From the NCBI GenBank assembly GCA_046483985.1, contig JAWOCD010000124.1, positions 1-46,342 of the forward strand: a stretch of 46,342 bases of DNA, in the 5' to 3' direction. This document shows, piece after piece, positions 18,333 to 28,482 of this stretch. Position 1 is the stretch's first letter. Each line of letters begins with the position of its first letter. Under the pieces are notes generated by a model. That model was not told where the DNA came from. It made no database searches and was given only the letters and a program-made list of their open reading frames with translations. The DNA comes from Promethearchaeia archaeon. Lineage in GTDB: Archaea > Asgardarchaeota > Lokiarchaeia > Sigyniarchaeales > SOKP01. The position numbers were made by a program, and so were the translations under genes.

Positions 18333-20276
18333 TCATTTTGAATTATTTTGGAAAACGGGAAGAATAAGACGGGACGGTTGCTTTTCTGTATGAAATATAG
18401 ATTGAACGGCCATTTTATATCCCTTAAGACTTTTCTCCCCGCCCAAATTTGCGTTGATATCAAATCGAGGAAAATTACTAGAACTGATTTCAAGTCTTAT
18501 TCGATGCCTTGGTCGAAAATAGTTGGAAATATTTCCTAACTTAATTTCATACTCATATACCTTGCCAGGTTGGACAAGGGTTGGTTCTTCATCTTCACCC
18601 TTTCGATATCGTGCTCGTACTCCTGCATCAAGAAGATTTATTGCTTTGCCGTTGGGATATACATCGACTAATTTTGCCATAAAATCAGTATCTTTTGCCG
18701 ATGAGGCTGCATACAATATAACTTTCACTTCTCCGCTAATTTCTAATCCTTCTTTGAGGATATCCGAAGTGTAAATTAAAACATCGTCTCTTTTCTCTGC
18801 ATTTTTTTGATCTTGTCCTCCAATAAGTATCCCTAAATTTCGACCGCCTCGAGTAATCACGGGATTCATAGGATCGAAGATATAATTATCCTCTTTTTCC
18901 TTTTTAGGTTTTCTGATATTAAGTGTCCCATCGCCTTCCACAGAATTTGCATAACCACCAGAATGAAGATATAATTCTTTCATTTCTGTTTCTTTGGGAG
19001 GCCAGACATCAGTATATCTCCATTGGTTTAAACCTAAAACCCAATATTTAATAGATGGTTTATCTATCTCTGGAAATGCTTCTTTATCTCCTTTTAGCCA
19101 ATAATCGAACCACTCAATCTTCAGAAAATCTTTTAGAAAGTCAACGAGGGATCCTTCTGGATGTCCTTTGTTAGCATGACCCCAAGGACCGACAACTAAT
19201 TTTGAATATTTTTTTACCTCTCCTGATGCTTCTTTTTTCAGTTTCAAAAAGTCTTTTACCTGGTGCTCTAAAAACATATCATACCAGCCGGCTTGCATAA
19301 ATACTGGTTGGCTCACGTTTTTTAAATCTATATCCAGCATCCCCGGCATGTTATCAATATCTTTTTCCAGATATAGGAAGTCCTTGAGAAATTTGAAATA
19401 GATGCTAAAATTTCGTTTCCCCAAATCAAATTTTTTAATCTTATAAAAATCAGCCAGAATTTCTATACATTTATCAATAGATTTTTCCGTAAAGTTCGAG
19501 AATTTTAAATATTTGCCAGGTTTATGAAGTGACTCATTATAGAGGGCATATATTGGATTTAAATATAATTCTAACATCTCGTCTGTGATTAGATTCACTA
19601 ATGGTTCTTCTCTATTTGCGCTTACATTTATCATAATGCGGTAAATAGATGTGGTTAGAGAATTGATATTGAGCCCCTGGTGATCTTTCCATAGATTAGA
19701 GATACAACAAATGGCAGGTGCAATACATGATAGATATGGATTATCCCAAGACACACATAATTGAGTCATTCCAAAATAACTTCCACCGGACATCCCAATT
19801 TTTCCATTATACCAAAATTGCTTCGTTACCCACTTAAGAGTTTTTAAACCGTCCATTCGCTCAGTCATAAGAAAAAAGTTAAACCCTTCTGAATGTGCGC
19901 ATCCTCGAGCGTCTTGTAGCACCACGGTATACCCATAAGAACTGAATGCATAGCCAAAAATAGAATACATTCCATCTTTCCAGTAAGGTAGTCTTACTAA
20001 AATTGTAGGACATTTTTCTTTATCTTCGTAGACTTTTTGAGGTAGATAGACTGATGTCGCTAGTTTGGTTCCATCATCCATTTCTACAAAAATCTCTTCA
20101 AGTCGAATAACCTTGTGTTTTGCTTTTCCGAATCCTAATAGGGGTCCAAGAACCTTGATTAATGGACTACCTATATACTTAAGTAATCCTTTCCCTAGCC
20201 TTATCAAGGGAGGAGGAACTATAGGGCGGATATCAAGTTTTAAACGCCTATAATCAATTCGATTTTTTGTTTCCAT
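18333..20276 (-). CDS. CocE/NonD family serine hydrolase (peptidase S15-like)
   Basis: M.DGTKLA, QDARG...SEG, nucleophile G.SYFG, GWYD.F, GPWGH, DTDF..KLVDVYP and SSSNFPRFD. Confidence 0.92.
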   Translation of the reverse strand: METKNRIDYRRLKLDIRPIVPPPLIRLGKGLLKYIGSPLIKVLGPLLGFGKAKHKVIRLEEIFVEMDDGTKLATSVYLPQKVYEDKEKCPTILVRLPYWKDGMYSIFGYAFSSYGYTVVLQDARGCAHSEGFNFFLMTERMDGLKTLKWVTKQFWYNGKIGMSGGSYFGMTQLCVSWDNPYLSCIAPAICCISNLWKDHQGLNINSLTTSIYRIMINVSANREEPLVNLITDEMLELYLNPIYALYNESLHKPGKYLKFSNFTEKSIDKCIEILADFYKIKKFDLGKRNFSIYFKFLKDFLYLEKDIDNMPGMLDIDLKNVSQPVFMQAGWYDMFLEHQVKDFLKLKKEASGEVKKYSKLVVGPWGHANKGHPEGSLVDFLKDFLKIEWFDYWLKGDKEAFPEIDKPSIKYWVLGLNQWRYTDVWPPKETEMKELYLHSGGYANSVEGDGTLNIRKPKKEKEDNYIFDPMNPVITRGGRNLGILIGGQDQKNAEKRDDVLIYTSDILKEGLEISGEVKVILYAASSAKDTDFMAKLVDVYPNGKAINLLDAGVRARYRKGEDEEPTLVQPGKVYEYEIKLGNISNYFRPRHRIRLEISSSNFPRFDINANLGGEKSLKGYKMAVQSIFHTEKQPSRLILPVFQNNSK

Positions 20277-20436
20277 ATTATAATCAATTGCTGAAATGAT
20301 TTTAATCTTGACTAAATTAGTATAATGCCCATCATAGGAGGGATCAATAATTAACTCCCATGTCTGGGCCCCCTCCCATCTATCTTTTTTAACTTATTCT
20401 AATGTGAGAGAATTATATCGACTAAAGATAAGATAG

Positions 20437-20511
20437 CGGACCCGGCGAGAATCGAACTCGCGATCTACGCCTTAGGAGGGCGTTGCCGTATCCAGGCTAG
20501 GCCACGGGTCC
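20437..20511 (-). tRNA. tRNA-Arg (anticodon CCT), intronless, CCA not encoded
   Basis: Reverse complement GGACCCGTGGCCTAGCCTGGATACGGCAACGCCCTCCTAAGGCGTAGATCGCGAGTTCGATTCTCGCCGGGTCCG folds as a cloverleaf. Anticodon arm ACGCC-CTCCTAA-GGCGT and T-loop TTCGATT. Confidence 0.96.
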
Positions 20512-20535
20512 TTAATAATTAAATAAATAAGTTTC

Positions 20536-20697
20536 CTAAAAATTTAGATTACTTCGGTAATATGCAACGCCACATTTTCCGCAAAAATTTTTCCCCTTGA
20601 TGTTTATCGCTTCATTTTTTTTAATTTTTTTTTGACAATTTTTCACACAACATATTACGATAATCTCTTCTGAATCGCTTTCTCCCTTATTGTCCAT
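20536..20697 (-). CDS. Small zinc-finger protein, 53 aa (not in the ORF track)
   Basis: Manual translation MDNKGESDSEEIIVICCVKNCQKKIKKNEAINIKGKNFCGKCGVAYYRSNLNF*. It has CCxxxC...FCxxC (treble-clef/LIM-like) and an AAGGA site upstream. Confidence 0.7.
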   Translation of the reverse strand: MDNKGESDSEEIIVICCVKNCQKKIKKNEAINIKGKNFCGKCGVAYYRSNLNF

Positions 20698-21182
20698 ATT
20701 TTAGATCCTTATTCGAAATAGTTGGCTTTGCTCAATTAAGTTCTCTTAATGTATTGTTTATAATAGGGATTTCTCCATTAAATAATTTTTTTTAAGTAGA
20801 AGTCACATTAAAAAAGAATCCGATTTAACTAAACTGCTTGTTTTCTATATTTATATAAAAAGGAATCAAAAAACCAGAGCGAAGATGCTAAATTAGCATT
20901 TATCTTCTGTACTCAGCGATAAGGCGCCAGAAACTCTCTTTTATAATATTGCAGAGAGTTTACGTTACAATTATGATATAATCCTTTATTTTTTAGAACT
21001 AAGGTTAAGAGATTATTAAAATTGAAATCATTGAGCTAATTGGGAGCTTAAGGATAAAGTTTAGTAATCCCCAATTCAACATCAGATTTTTAACAATAAA
21101 GTTTTAATTCTAACTATAATAATTTTAATTACTAAGAAAATTGTTTTTAACTAAATTATTCTTTTTAAAGTGTTAAGATTAA

Positions 21183-21458
21183 ATGCAAAAAGGTTATAGA
21201 AATAATAAACGACCCATCGATTACCTCAAAGAATCAATCAATAAGGTCATCTTGTTAAAAGTAAAACGTAATAGGTTGTTTCGAGCCACATTATTATCAT
21301 TCGATGAACATTTGAATTTATTTTTACGTGACGCGTCTCAAATCTTTGAATATACGGACGATGATGGAAGTATTATCGAAGAAACGGAGGATATTGGGAC
21401 AATTGTTATGCGAGGAGATAACATCATCTTTGTTTGCTTAGCTGATGAAAGCCAGTGA
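21183..21458 (+). CDS. Sm-like archaeal protein (LSm/SmAP)
   Basis: RP.D.L N-terminal helix, Sm1 L.SFDEHLNL.L and Sm2 IVMRGDNI. Confidence 0.92.
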   Translation: MQKGYRNNKRPIDYLKESINKVILLKVKRNRLFRATLLSFDEHLNLFLRDASQIFEYTDDDGSIIEETEDIGTIVMRGDNIIFVCLADESQ

Positions 21459-21674
21459 ATGTTAAAGAGATTAAGCCCTCCTTTTTAATCTGTTTGCCAA
21501 TAATTTTTAACTTTCCTTCCTTTAACCGAAGTCTATTCTATCTTTAAATAAAAGAAATATCATATTTTTTCAATTTGGCTTATCTTTTTAAATATTTGTG
21601 CTTTTCTTATTAATGAAAAAACTAATAATTAGAGAACGATTTTGAGTTTATTATAAGAGAATTAGGTGATCCCT

Positions 21675-23852
21675 ATGATTAGGTTTATGCAAGAGCAAGA
21701 ATTGGAGGAGGCTGTTTGTATTGTAAATCCTAATCTTGGACATCCCCGATTTTTAAAGATAGACAGTGATTTAAAACAGAGAGAATGGGAAACTTATTTT
21801 TTAGCGGTAAGTAACTTTAGTAATCCGAAACAAGTAGAAGATTTATTAACACATAACATGAATTTGGTTCCCGTTTTAGAATACAAGTGGAAATTAAAGC
21901 GTCTACTTGAGCGTAAGAAGAAGGAGCGAGAGAGAAAAAAGAAAAAAAGAAAAAGTTTTTGGGATCGTCTGAAATTTTGGAAAAGTGATTCAGATCAAAA
22001 GGAAGAAAAGCAGAAGAAAGGGATTAAATTTAAATCTGCACACGATTTTGAGCAAAAGCTTAATAAACTAAAGCCTAGAGCGTTTCGTGGAGATCCGATA
22101 GTTGCATATACTCTTCGTGTGGAACCAGTTAAGACAATTAATATTAAAAATATTAAGTATCTAGAAAATCAATATACCAGCCCCCAAGAATATTTACGGA
22201 AACATGACGCATTTAGAATGCTAAATTATTTCTATAAGGTAAAAGTATCTTTTTCTTTATCTGAAGAGGTCTTAGAATTTTTAAAAAGAAGAGATTTTGT
22301 GATGTTTGATATCATCGTGAGGGGTAAAAAAGGAATTCAAAGGGTTAATTACCATGCCCTCGTGATTTCAAAAAAACAATGGGAAAATTTTACTTTTGCC
22401 CATGCAACCGATTTACATCTTGCAGAACGGAATGATAGAATTTTCGGTATAATTAAAAAGTGGAAGGATGTACTTCAAAAGTCCAATAAAATCAAAAAAA
22501 CCAAACAAGAAAGGAAAGAAATATTAAAGGATTCTGAATCCCGTTTTAAGCTTACCTTTCCAGAAAAACTGAAATTTTGGAAGAAAAGTAAAAATAAACC
22601 CTCGAGTGATAGTTCAGACAAGATCGAAGCAAAAAAAGAATCTGAGCCCTTAGAAGATCGTTTAGTCAATCCCAATAACCAATTTCGAAAATTTATCGAA
22701 TTAATGAATGAAAAAGTATTGAAAAATGAACTCGATTTTGTTACAATTACTGGTGATATTGTTGATTTCACTTTATTGAGCAAATTACCAAAGGATCTCC
22801 GTGAAATGATTGATTTTGAGTACGAACATAGTAATTGGAAGGTTTTTAAAAAAATTCTACTAAATCAACAGCAAAAACAAAGACCCGGGATGATCGAGGG
22901 GGAGGAAATACTATGTCCGATTTTCACCGTACCTGGAAATCATGATTATAGACCATTTCATTATGATATTAGATGGGCGGGCATGTATAAGAAAATTGGA
23001 TTAAAATTGGAAGAAGCGTTGGCTCTTAATGATAAACTGTTGGCTATTCCCATTAACTCAATAACAAAAAGTAAACGAGCATTGAGGGCATATTTGGCTG
23101 AAATTAATCCATCCCTGGATTTTTCCTTAGTTTTGGGGGAAAATATTCTCATTTTTCTTGATTCCGGTTCTGATTCATGGAAGAATTTTCGGGATTTAGT
23201 GTCTGGTCATCCATCTGTTACAGGATTAAGAGCTCGACAGATAGGATTTTTAGAGAATTTAATTAATCATAAAAATGTGGCAAATAAAAAGAATGTATTC
23301 TTATTTGTCCACGGCCCACCAATTAATCCAAAAAAAAAGCGTGGATTATTAAAACGTATAAAGAACTCATTTAGTAAAAAAATCCGGATCAAAATTGATG
23401 AATTTAAAGAATCGATTTTAAAAAGGCTGGGAAAAACATTAAATATTGCCCGCATTGACGGAAAATTTAACGTAAAATTCGGAACGATTTCCTCTAATTG
23501 GGAAAAATTAATAGAATTTTGTAAAGATTACACCACGCTCACATTAGCCGGACACACTCATGAATTAAAGGAATTCCGTTTAGCTGAACCAAAAGAAGAA
23601 AAATCCAGAGTTTATGATGCCCCACCATTTAGTTTGAAAAAAGTGGAAAATCCTGCTGCTGTCTATTATGATCTCTATTCGAAAATGTATAATAATGATC
23701 CCGGAGATATTGAAAGATTTAGTCCATTTGTGCTACAAACTCCAGCCTTAGGATTGGGCTCGTACCACGAACCAGAATTGAGAGGGGCATATCGAATTAT
23801 AGAAGTTAAAGACGGGAAGCTCAACTCTTTCAGTGTAAATTTTCTCGATTAA
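21675..23852 (+). CDS. Large calcineurin-like metallophosphoesterase with basic insertions
   Basis: Five metallophosphoesterase motifs: TDLH, TGDIVD, PGNHD, VHGP and AGHTH. ATG 21675 follows GGTGA (the ORF track uses GTG 21666). Confidence 0.85.
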   Translation: MIRFMQEQELEEAVCIVNPNLGHPRFLKIDSDLKQREWETYFLAVSNFSNPKQVEDLLTHNMNLVPVLEYKWKLKRLLERKKKERERKKKKRKSFWDRLKFWKSDSDQKEEKQKKGIKFKSAHDFEQKLNKLKPRAFRGDPIVAYTLRVEPVKTINIKNIKYLENQYTSPQEYLRKHDAFRMLNYFYKVKVSFSLSEEVLEFLKRRDFVMFDIIVRGKKGIQRVNYHALVISKKQWENFTFAHATDLHLAERNDRIFGIIKKWKDVLQKSNKIKKTKQERKEILKDSESRFKLTFPEKLKFWKKSKNKPSSDSSDKIEAKKESEPLEDRLVNPNNQFRKFIELMNEKVLKNELDFVTITGDIVDFTLLSKLPKDLREMIDFEYEHSNWKVFKKILLNQQQKQRPGMIEGEEILCPIFTVPGNHDYRPFHYDIRWAGMYKKIGLKLEEALALNDKLLAIPINSITKSKRALRAYLAEINPSLDFSLVLGENILIFLDSGSDSWKNFRDLVSGHPSVTGLRARQIGFLENLINHKNVANKKNVFLFVHGPPINPKKKRGLLKRIKNSFSKKIRIKIDEFKESILKRLGKTLNIARIDGKFNVKFGTISSNWEKLIEFCKDYTTLTLAGHTHELKEFRLAEPKEEKSRVYDAPPFSLKKVENPAAVYYDLYSKMYNNDPGDIERFSPFVLQTPALGLGSYHEPELRGAYRIIEVKDGKLNSFSVNFLD

Positions 23853-23898
23853 AACTTGGCATTACTTTTATCAAAAAAGCAAAAGAAAACTCCCTCCT

Positions 23899-24576
23899 TT
23901 AGGATGGAGATGGATCCCCTTGCATTAACTCATAACCAATCTTAAAAGCCTCGATATTTGCATTCTCTTGTCCAAAAGTTGTCTCCAATAGTTCAACCAT
24001 TTTATTTTTCACAAAAATTTCTTTGAATTCATGGCAACCGACTGCAAGAGCTAAGGTATTAGCATATATAGAATTGTGTAATTTTTGTTCGGAAAGTTCA
24101 TTAAAGTCTAAAGCAATAACTTTTCGGGAAAATTGGTCAAGGATGTCAATTATTTCTGCAGTAGATGGATAAGTTTTTTCTTGAGATTCAGAACCCAGAA
24201 TCACATTACGCGGATAATTTTTATGTGTATTTAACACCACTACTGTTTGTTCTGAGATATACCGTAAATTTCGAAGAGTTTCTAAAGGTTCCAACCCGAT
24301 AATCAGATGGGAATCATTCATAGGAATCAAAGGAGAAATGAGGTCTTCCTTTGTATAATGCTGATCAAGGGAATAGATCCTACTTTTTATCAAATAACGG
24401 GCTGTAGCGGAGACCGAACCTTCTCGTTGAGAAACACCTCGTGTTTCTGTCCCTACTACGTTTTGTATGAACTTTGTTCTAAAGCCATACTCCCGTAGAA
24501 GTTTACCCATTAAAATTCCTCCTTGTCCTCCTACCCCAGCGATTAATATATTATAAATATCTCCCACTTTTATCAC
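23899..24576 (-). CDS. iorB: Indolepyruvate:ferredoxin oxidoreductase beta subunit
   Basis: AGVGGQG, ETRGVSQREGSV, LEPLETLR and N..AF..G; directly downstream of iorA. Confidence 0.9.
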   Translation of the reverse strand: MIKVGDIYNILIAGVGGQGGILMGKLLREYGFRTKFIQNVVGTETRGVSQREGSVSATARYLIKSRIYSLDQHYTKEDLISPLIPMNDSHLIIGLEPLETLRNLRYISEQTVVVLNTHKNYPRNVILGSESQEKTYPSTAEIIDILDQFSRKVIALDFNELSEQKLHNSIYANTLALAVGCHEFKEIFVKNKMVELLETTFGQENANIEAFKIGYELMQGDPSPS

Positions 24577-24581
24577 TTACC

Positions 24582-26645
24582 CTATTTTTTGAGTTCATTT
24601 TTCCTATATATAATGGTTTTAAGGATTGCATTATTTTTACAGACGCTTTTACAGACTCCACGACATAGATCTGGAACACAACGAGTTTGATCGATGTAAT
24701 ACTCTAACTCTCCCTCTTTATTCTCCTTAGTCATGTATTTTGCATTAATTGCGGGACAGCCCAAGTATTCAATACATTCGTTACACTTTACACACGTATC
24801 AAGAATCTTATAATAGATTTTCTTATTTTCTTTATCTGTTGATTTTTCTTCTTTGCGTAATCGACTCTTTTTTTCAAGTGCACATTCTTCATTTATGATA
24901 ATAACCTTAATACCAGTCTTTTGAACATTCCTGTAAAATATTTTTTCTAATTTCTCAACATTATATGCACCAGTTACAGTCAACTGGTCTACTCCCATAC
25001 TTTTGATAAGTCCTGAGAGATCGAACTGGCGTTGCTTATGTTTTTCTTTTTCTCGAAATCTTTTGGGGGTTCCAAAGTGTGTCTGATGTCCTGTCATTGC
25101 AGTCCAATAGTTGTTAAAAATAACGACTAAGATATCTAAGTTTTTTTTAATAGCATTTAACAACGGCTGCATCCCAGTATGATAAAAAGTACTATCTCCA
25201 ATAAACGCAATTATTTTTTGTTTATTGAGATCAATAGTCTGGGCCAGTCCATTAGATATCCCAACTCCCGCACCCATACAAACAACCCAATCAATCAATT
25301 GAAAAGGATATGATTCAGAAAGAGTATAACATCCGATATCCCCTCCATATATATATTCTATTCCCGTTTCCTCTTTAAACTCTGATGTAGCGTTTTTTAA
25401 AGCATAAAATACTGGCCGATATTGACATCCCGGACAAAATGTTGGTTCTCTCATTGGTAATTTGGGGAGAAATTCTTGTAGGGCTTTATCTTTTTGAGCA
25501 ATCCTTTTAAGGTGGTATTTGTTTTTAATGTCGTAATGTTTTGCGAAAAATTTCATTATGATATCAGTACTAAGTTCTCCTACGTTTGGAAGAAAATCTT
25601 TACCATGGATTTCCTCCTCTCTGCGAGCATCACAAAAGTTACAAAAGGTTTCTTTTGAAAATGTTTCAATAAGTGGTTCCAGTTCTTCTACAACCAATAA
25701 CTTATCTAAATTGTTTTCATCTGCAAATTTACAAATTTCTTGCCGATTTACTGGAAAAATGAGCCCCAATTTCATTATTGGAGGGCTAATATTGAGTTTA
25801 TGGCAAGCTTGAATTACATAGCTGTAGCAGATACCGCTTGTTAATATTGCGGTTTTATACTCTTTTGAGTTTTGGGATGAGGCTTCTTTCTCTTGGAAAT
25901 TTACCACCTTATTCATCAGATGAAAGACTTTTTTATCTTGGGCAAATTTACTAATCTTTTTAAAATAGTTTTTTTGATTATTTTGAGCTTTCTTTAGTGT
26001 GTTAATATATCGCGAAGGATCTCGTTTGAAATACCCTTTTTTTTGATGGTCTTGAGAGGTTTGAATTTCCCCATATTCTACGACTCCATAACTGTGACAA
26101 AGTCTTGTAGTTACATGAACATAAATTGGGATTTCGTATAACTCGGAAATTCGCAACCCTTGTTTGATATAATCCTTACACTCTTGGACGGTTGCGGGTT
26201 CAATAATAGGTATTTTTGTATGAAGAGAATAGAGTCTGTTGTCTTGAGCATTTGTCGACGATAAAATTCCGGGATCCCCTCCACAAAGGATTACTAAGCC
26301 CGCATTAACTCCAGAGTATGGAAAAGTATGTAATGGATCGGCACTTACGTTGATACCTAAGTGTTTATAAAATGCAACTGCCCGGATACCTGACCAAGCG
26401 CTCCCAATGCATTCTTCTAATGCTACTTTTTCATTAATTGCATTATCGTAAGTGATTCCACTATCTTCTCTCCTACTAAAGTCATTAAGATAATCTCCCA
26501 CCTCACTTAAAGGAGTTCCAGGATAGCTGGCGGCAAATCCGACTCCTGCTTCAACAATCCCTCTCGCAAAAGCTTCATTTCCACTCATTAAGCCCTTTTT
26601 CTTTGGATTATCCTCAAACAATTCAGAAATTTTCAAATTAATCAA
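24582..26645 (-). CDS. iorA: Indolepyruvate:ferredoxin oxidoreductase alpha subunit
   Basis: SGNEAFARG, YPGTP, NEKVA.E, KH.G.NV..D, FCPGC, GDIGCY, TPP motif GDSTFYH...NN.WTAMTG and a C-terminal ferredoxin-like Cys cluster. Confidence 0.93.
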   Translation of the reverse strand: MINLKISELFEDNPKKKGLMSGNEAFARGIVEAGVGFAASYPGTPLSEVGDYLNDFSRREDSGITYDNAINEKVALEECIGSAWSGIRAVAFYKHLGINVSADPLHTFPYSGVNAGLVILCGGDPGILSSTNAQDNRLYSLHTKIPIIEPATVQECKDYIKQGLRISELYEIPIYVHVTTRLCHSYGVVEYGEIQTSQDHQKKGYFKRDPSRYINTLKKAQNNQKNYFKKISKFAQDKKVFHLMNKVVNFQEKEASSQNSKEYKTAILTSGICYSYVIQACHKLNISPPIMKLGLIFPVNRQEICKFADENNLDKLLVVEELEPLIETFSKETFCNFCDARREEEIHGKDFLPNVGELSTDIIMKFFAKHYDIKNKYHLKRIAQKDKALQEFLPKLPMREPTFCPGCQYRPVFYALKNATSEFKEETGIEYIYGGDIGCYTLSESYPFQLIDWVVCMGAGVGISNGLAQTIDLNKQKIIAFIGDSTFYHTGMQPLLNAIKKNLDILVVIFNNYWTAMTGHQTHFGTPKRFREKEKHKQRQFDLSGLIKSMGVDQLTVTGAYNVEKLEKIFYRNVQKTGIKVIIINEECALEKKSRLRKEEKSTDKENKKIYYKILDTCVKCNECIEYLGCPAINAKYMTKENKEGELEYYIDQTRCVPDLCRGVCKSVCKNNAILKTIIYRKNELKK

Positions 26646-26868
26646 TTCTCTAAATTAATAATTTATCAAAAAAATTCTTGTTATCTCTCATTATAATGTA
26701 GAATTTTTGACAAATAAATTTAAACGAAAAAAATCCTATAAGCAATTCTAGTTTTTTAGATTCTCTATTTAAACTATAAATAGAATACCATTAGTATTAT
26801 TATTCTGTTGATAGTTAACGAAAGAATAAAGAAAAAAAGATAATTATTGTTAAGATTTTAGTGCTTTA

Positions 26869-28365
26869 TTATTCGGGGTGCTCATGAATCGGCCGACCTT
26901 TTTTATGAATTGCCTTGCCTATTGCATCTTCAGCGCCTTCTAGGACCATTTCAGATATGGTAGGATGACTGTGAATTACCGAACCGATATCATGAATGGT
27001 TAAATCATTTTCCATTGCTACAGCGATTTCAGAAATGAGTTCGGGCGCTTCGGCTCCAATACAGGAGGCACCAAGGATTTTATGTGTTTCCTTATCGGCA
27101 AGGATCATAATAAATCCTTCTCTTTCGCCCATAGATAAAGCTTTACCTAATGCAGAGTATGGATATCTTCCCATGATTGTTTTTATTCCTTTTTCTCTTG
27201 CCTCTTTTCTGGTCATACCAACTGAACCAATATTTGGATCTGTGAAAATGGTTGCAGGTACTACTGAATAATCTGTGGTTTTTGCCTCTATAGGGAAATC
27301 CTTATCGAGGCTTGCTAATGCATTTGCAACGGCTATATCTCCCTCATAGGAAGCAACATGAGCCAGCATCATTCCCCCAGTTACGTCACCAATTGCATAA
27401 ACTCCCTTAGCGCTACTTTCTAAGGTTTCCTCATCAACATTAATTGCTCCTCGTTCAGTTTCGATACCTAACTCATCTAATCCCAAATCTTTTGACTTTT
27501 TTGCTCGTCCTATTGAAACTAAGCAATAATCCGCTTCGTAAACATTTTTTTCTGCATCCTCTACTTCATCTTGAGGTATATCGGCTGAACACGTCGTCGC
27601 TTTAACTCCAGATCCAGTATTTTCAACGGATAATACATTTTGAGAAGTACGAACTTCAATGCCTAATTCGTCAAAACGTTTCATTAGTTCTCTAACCACT
27701 AACCTCTCTTCAGTTGCGATTGCAGAGGGTAAATATTCGAGGCATTCTACTTCACTTCCAAAAGTAGAAAAAATGTTTGCAAATTCACATCCAATTACAC
27801 CCGCTCCAATAATGAGTAGTTTATCTGGCACTGTAGTAAAATCAGGGTCTAAAATGTCATCAGAGGTGAGAATTCTCTCGTGATCGATATTAAAAGCTGG
27901 GATTAGGGCAGGTGAAGAACCAGTTGCAATAATTACTCGCATTGCCTTGATGCTTTTAGTCTCTTCACCTTCTACTGTTATCTCGTATCCATCATTTTCA
28001 TTACCGCCTGTAATCTTACCATGACCATAATAAACATCATTATCCCACGCTTTTTGTAAACCTTCAATTCCTTTAACCAATTCTTCTACAATCTCATTTT
28101 TCCGGTCGACCGCTTTTTCAAAATTCACATTTAGATTATCACATTCCACGCCAAATTCTTCTCCATGTTCATTAAGACGTTGAATCATATGCGCAGAAGC
28201 ATATAAAGACTTAGTTGGAATACATCCCCAATTTAAACATGTTCCTCCAAGTTTTTCCTTCTCAATTAGTGCTACGTTTGCGTCATATTGAGCCGCTCTA
28301 ATTGCAGCATGATAACCACCTGGACCAGCTCCAATAATTGCAATATCGTACATATCTTCGCTCAT
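26869..28365 (-). CDS. lpdA: Dihydrolipoamide dehydrogenase
   Basis: GAGPGGY, redox disulfide GGTCLNWGCIPTK, GAGVIG.E, AIGDV and HSHPTISE. ATG 28365 is preferred over TTG 28380. Confidence 0.95.
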   Translation of the reverse strand: MSEDMYDIAIIGAGPGGYHAAIRAAQYDANVALIEKEKLGGTCLNWGCIPTKSLYASAHMIQRLNEHGEEFGVECDNLNVNFEKAVDRKNEIVEELVKGIEGLQKAWDNDVYYGHGKITGGNENDGYEITVEGEETKSIKAMRVIIATGSSPALIPAFNIDHERILTSDDILDPDFTTVPDKLLIIGAGVIGCEFANIFSTFGSEVECLEYLPSAIATEERLVVRELMKRFDELGIEVRTSQNVLSVENTGSGVKATTCSADIPQDEVEDAEKNVYEADYCLVSIGRAKKSKDLGLDELGIETERGAINVDEETLESSAKGVYAIGDVTGGMMLAHVASYEGDIAVANALASLDKDFPIEAKTTDYSVVPATIFTDPNIGSVGMTRKEAREKGIKTIMGRYPYSALGKALSMGEREGFIMILADKETHKILGASCIGAEAPELISEIAVAMENDLTIHDIGSVIHSHPTISEMVLEGAEDAIGKAIHKKGRPIHEHPE

Positions 28366-28482
28366 TTTATATTCTCTCAAATTATTTTAGTATTAGTCTA
28401 TAAAATATTTTTTTGATGAAAATAATAATTCAAAAAATATTAATATTAATATTGACATTGATATGGAAAATGCACATCCATT

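Noticed and set aside
20878-20962. Two small hairpins upstream of the Sm gene (GAAGATGCTAA...TTAGCATTTATCTTC; AAACTCTC...GAGAGTTT)
   Set aside because: Short AT-rich stems more than 200 bp from the start codon, within chance expectation without comparative data.
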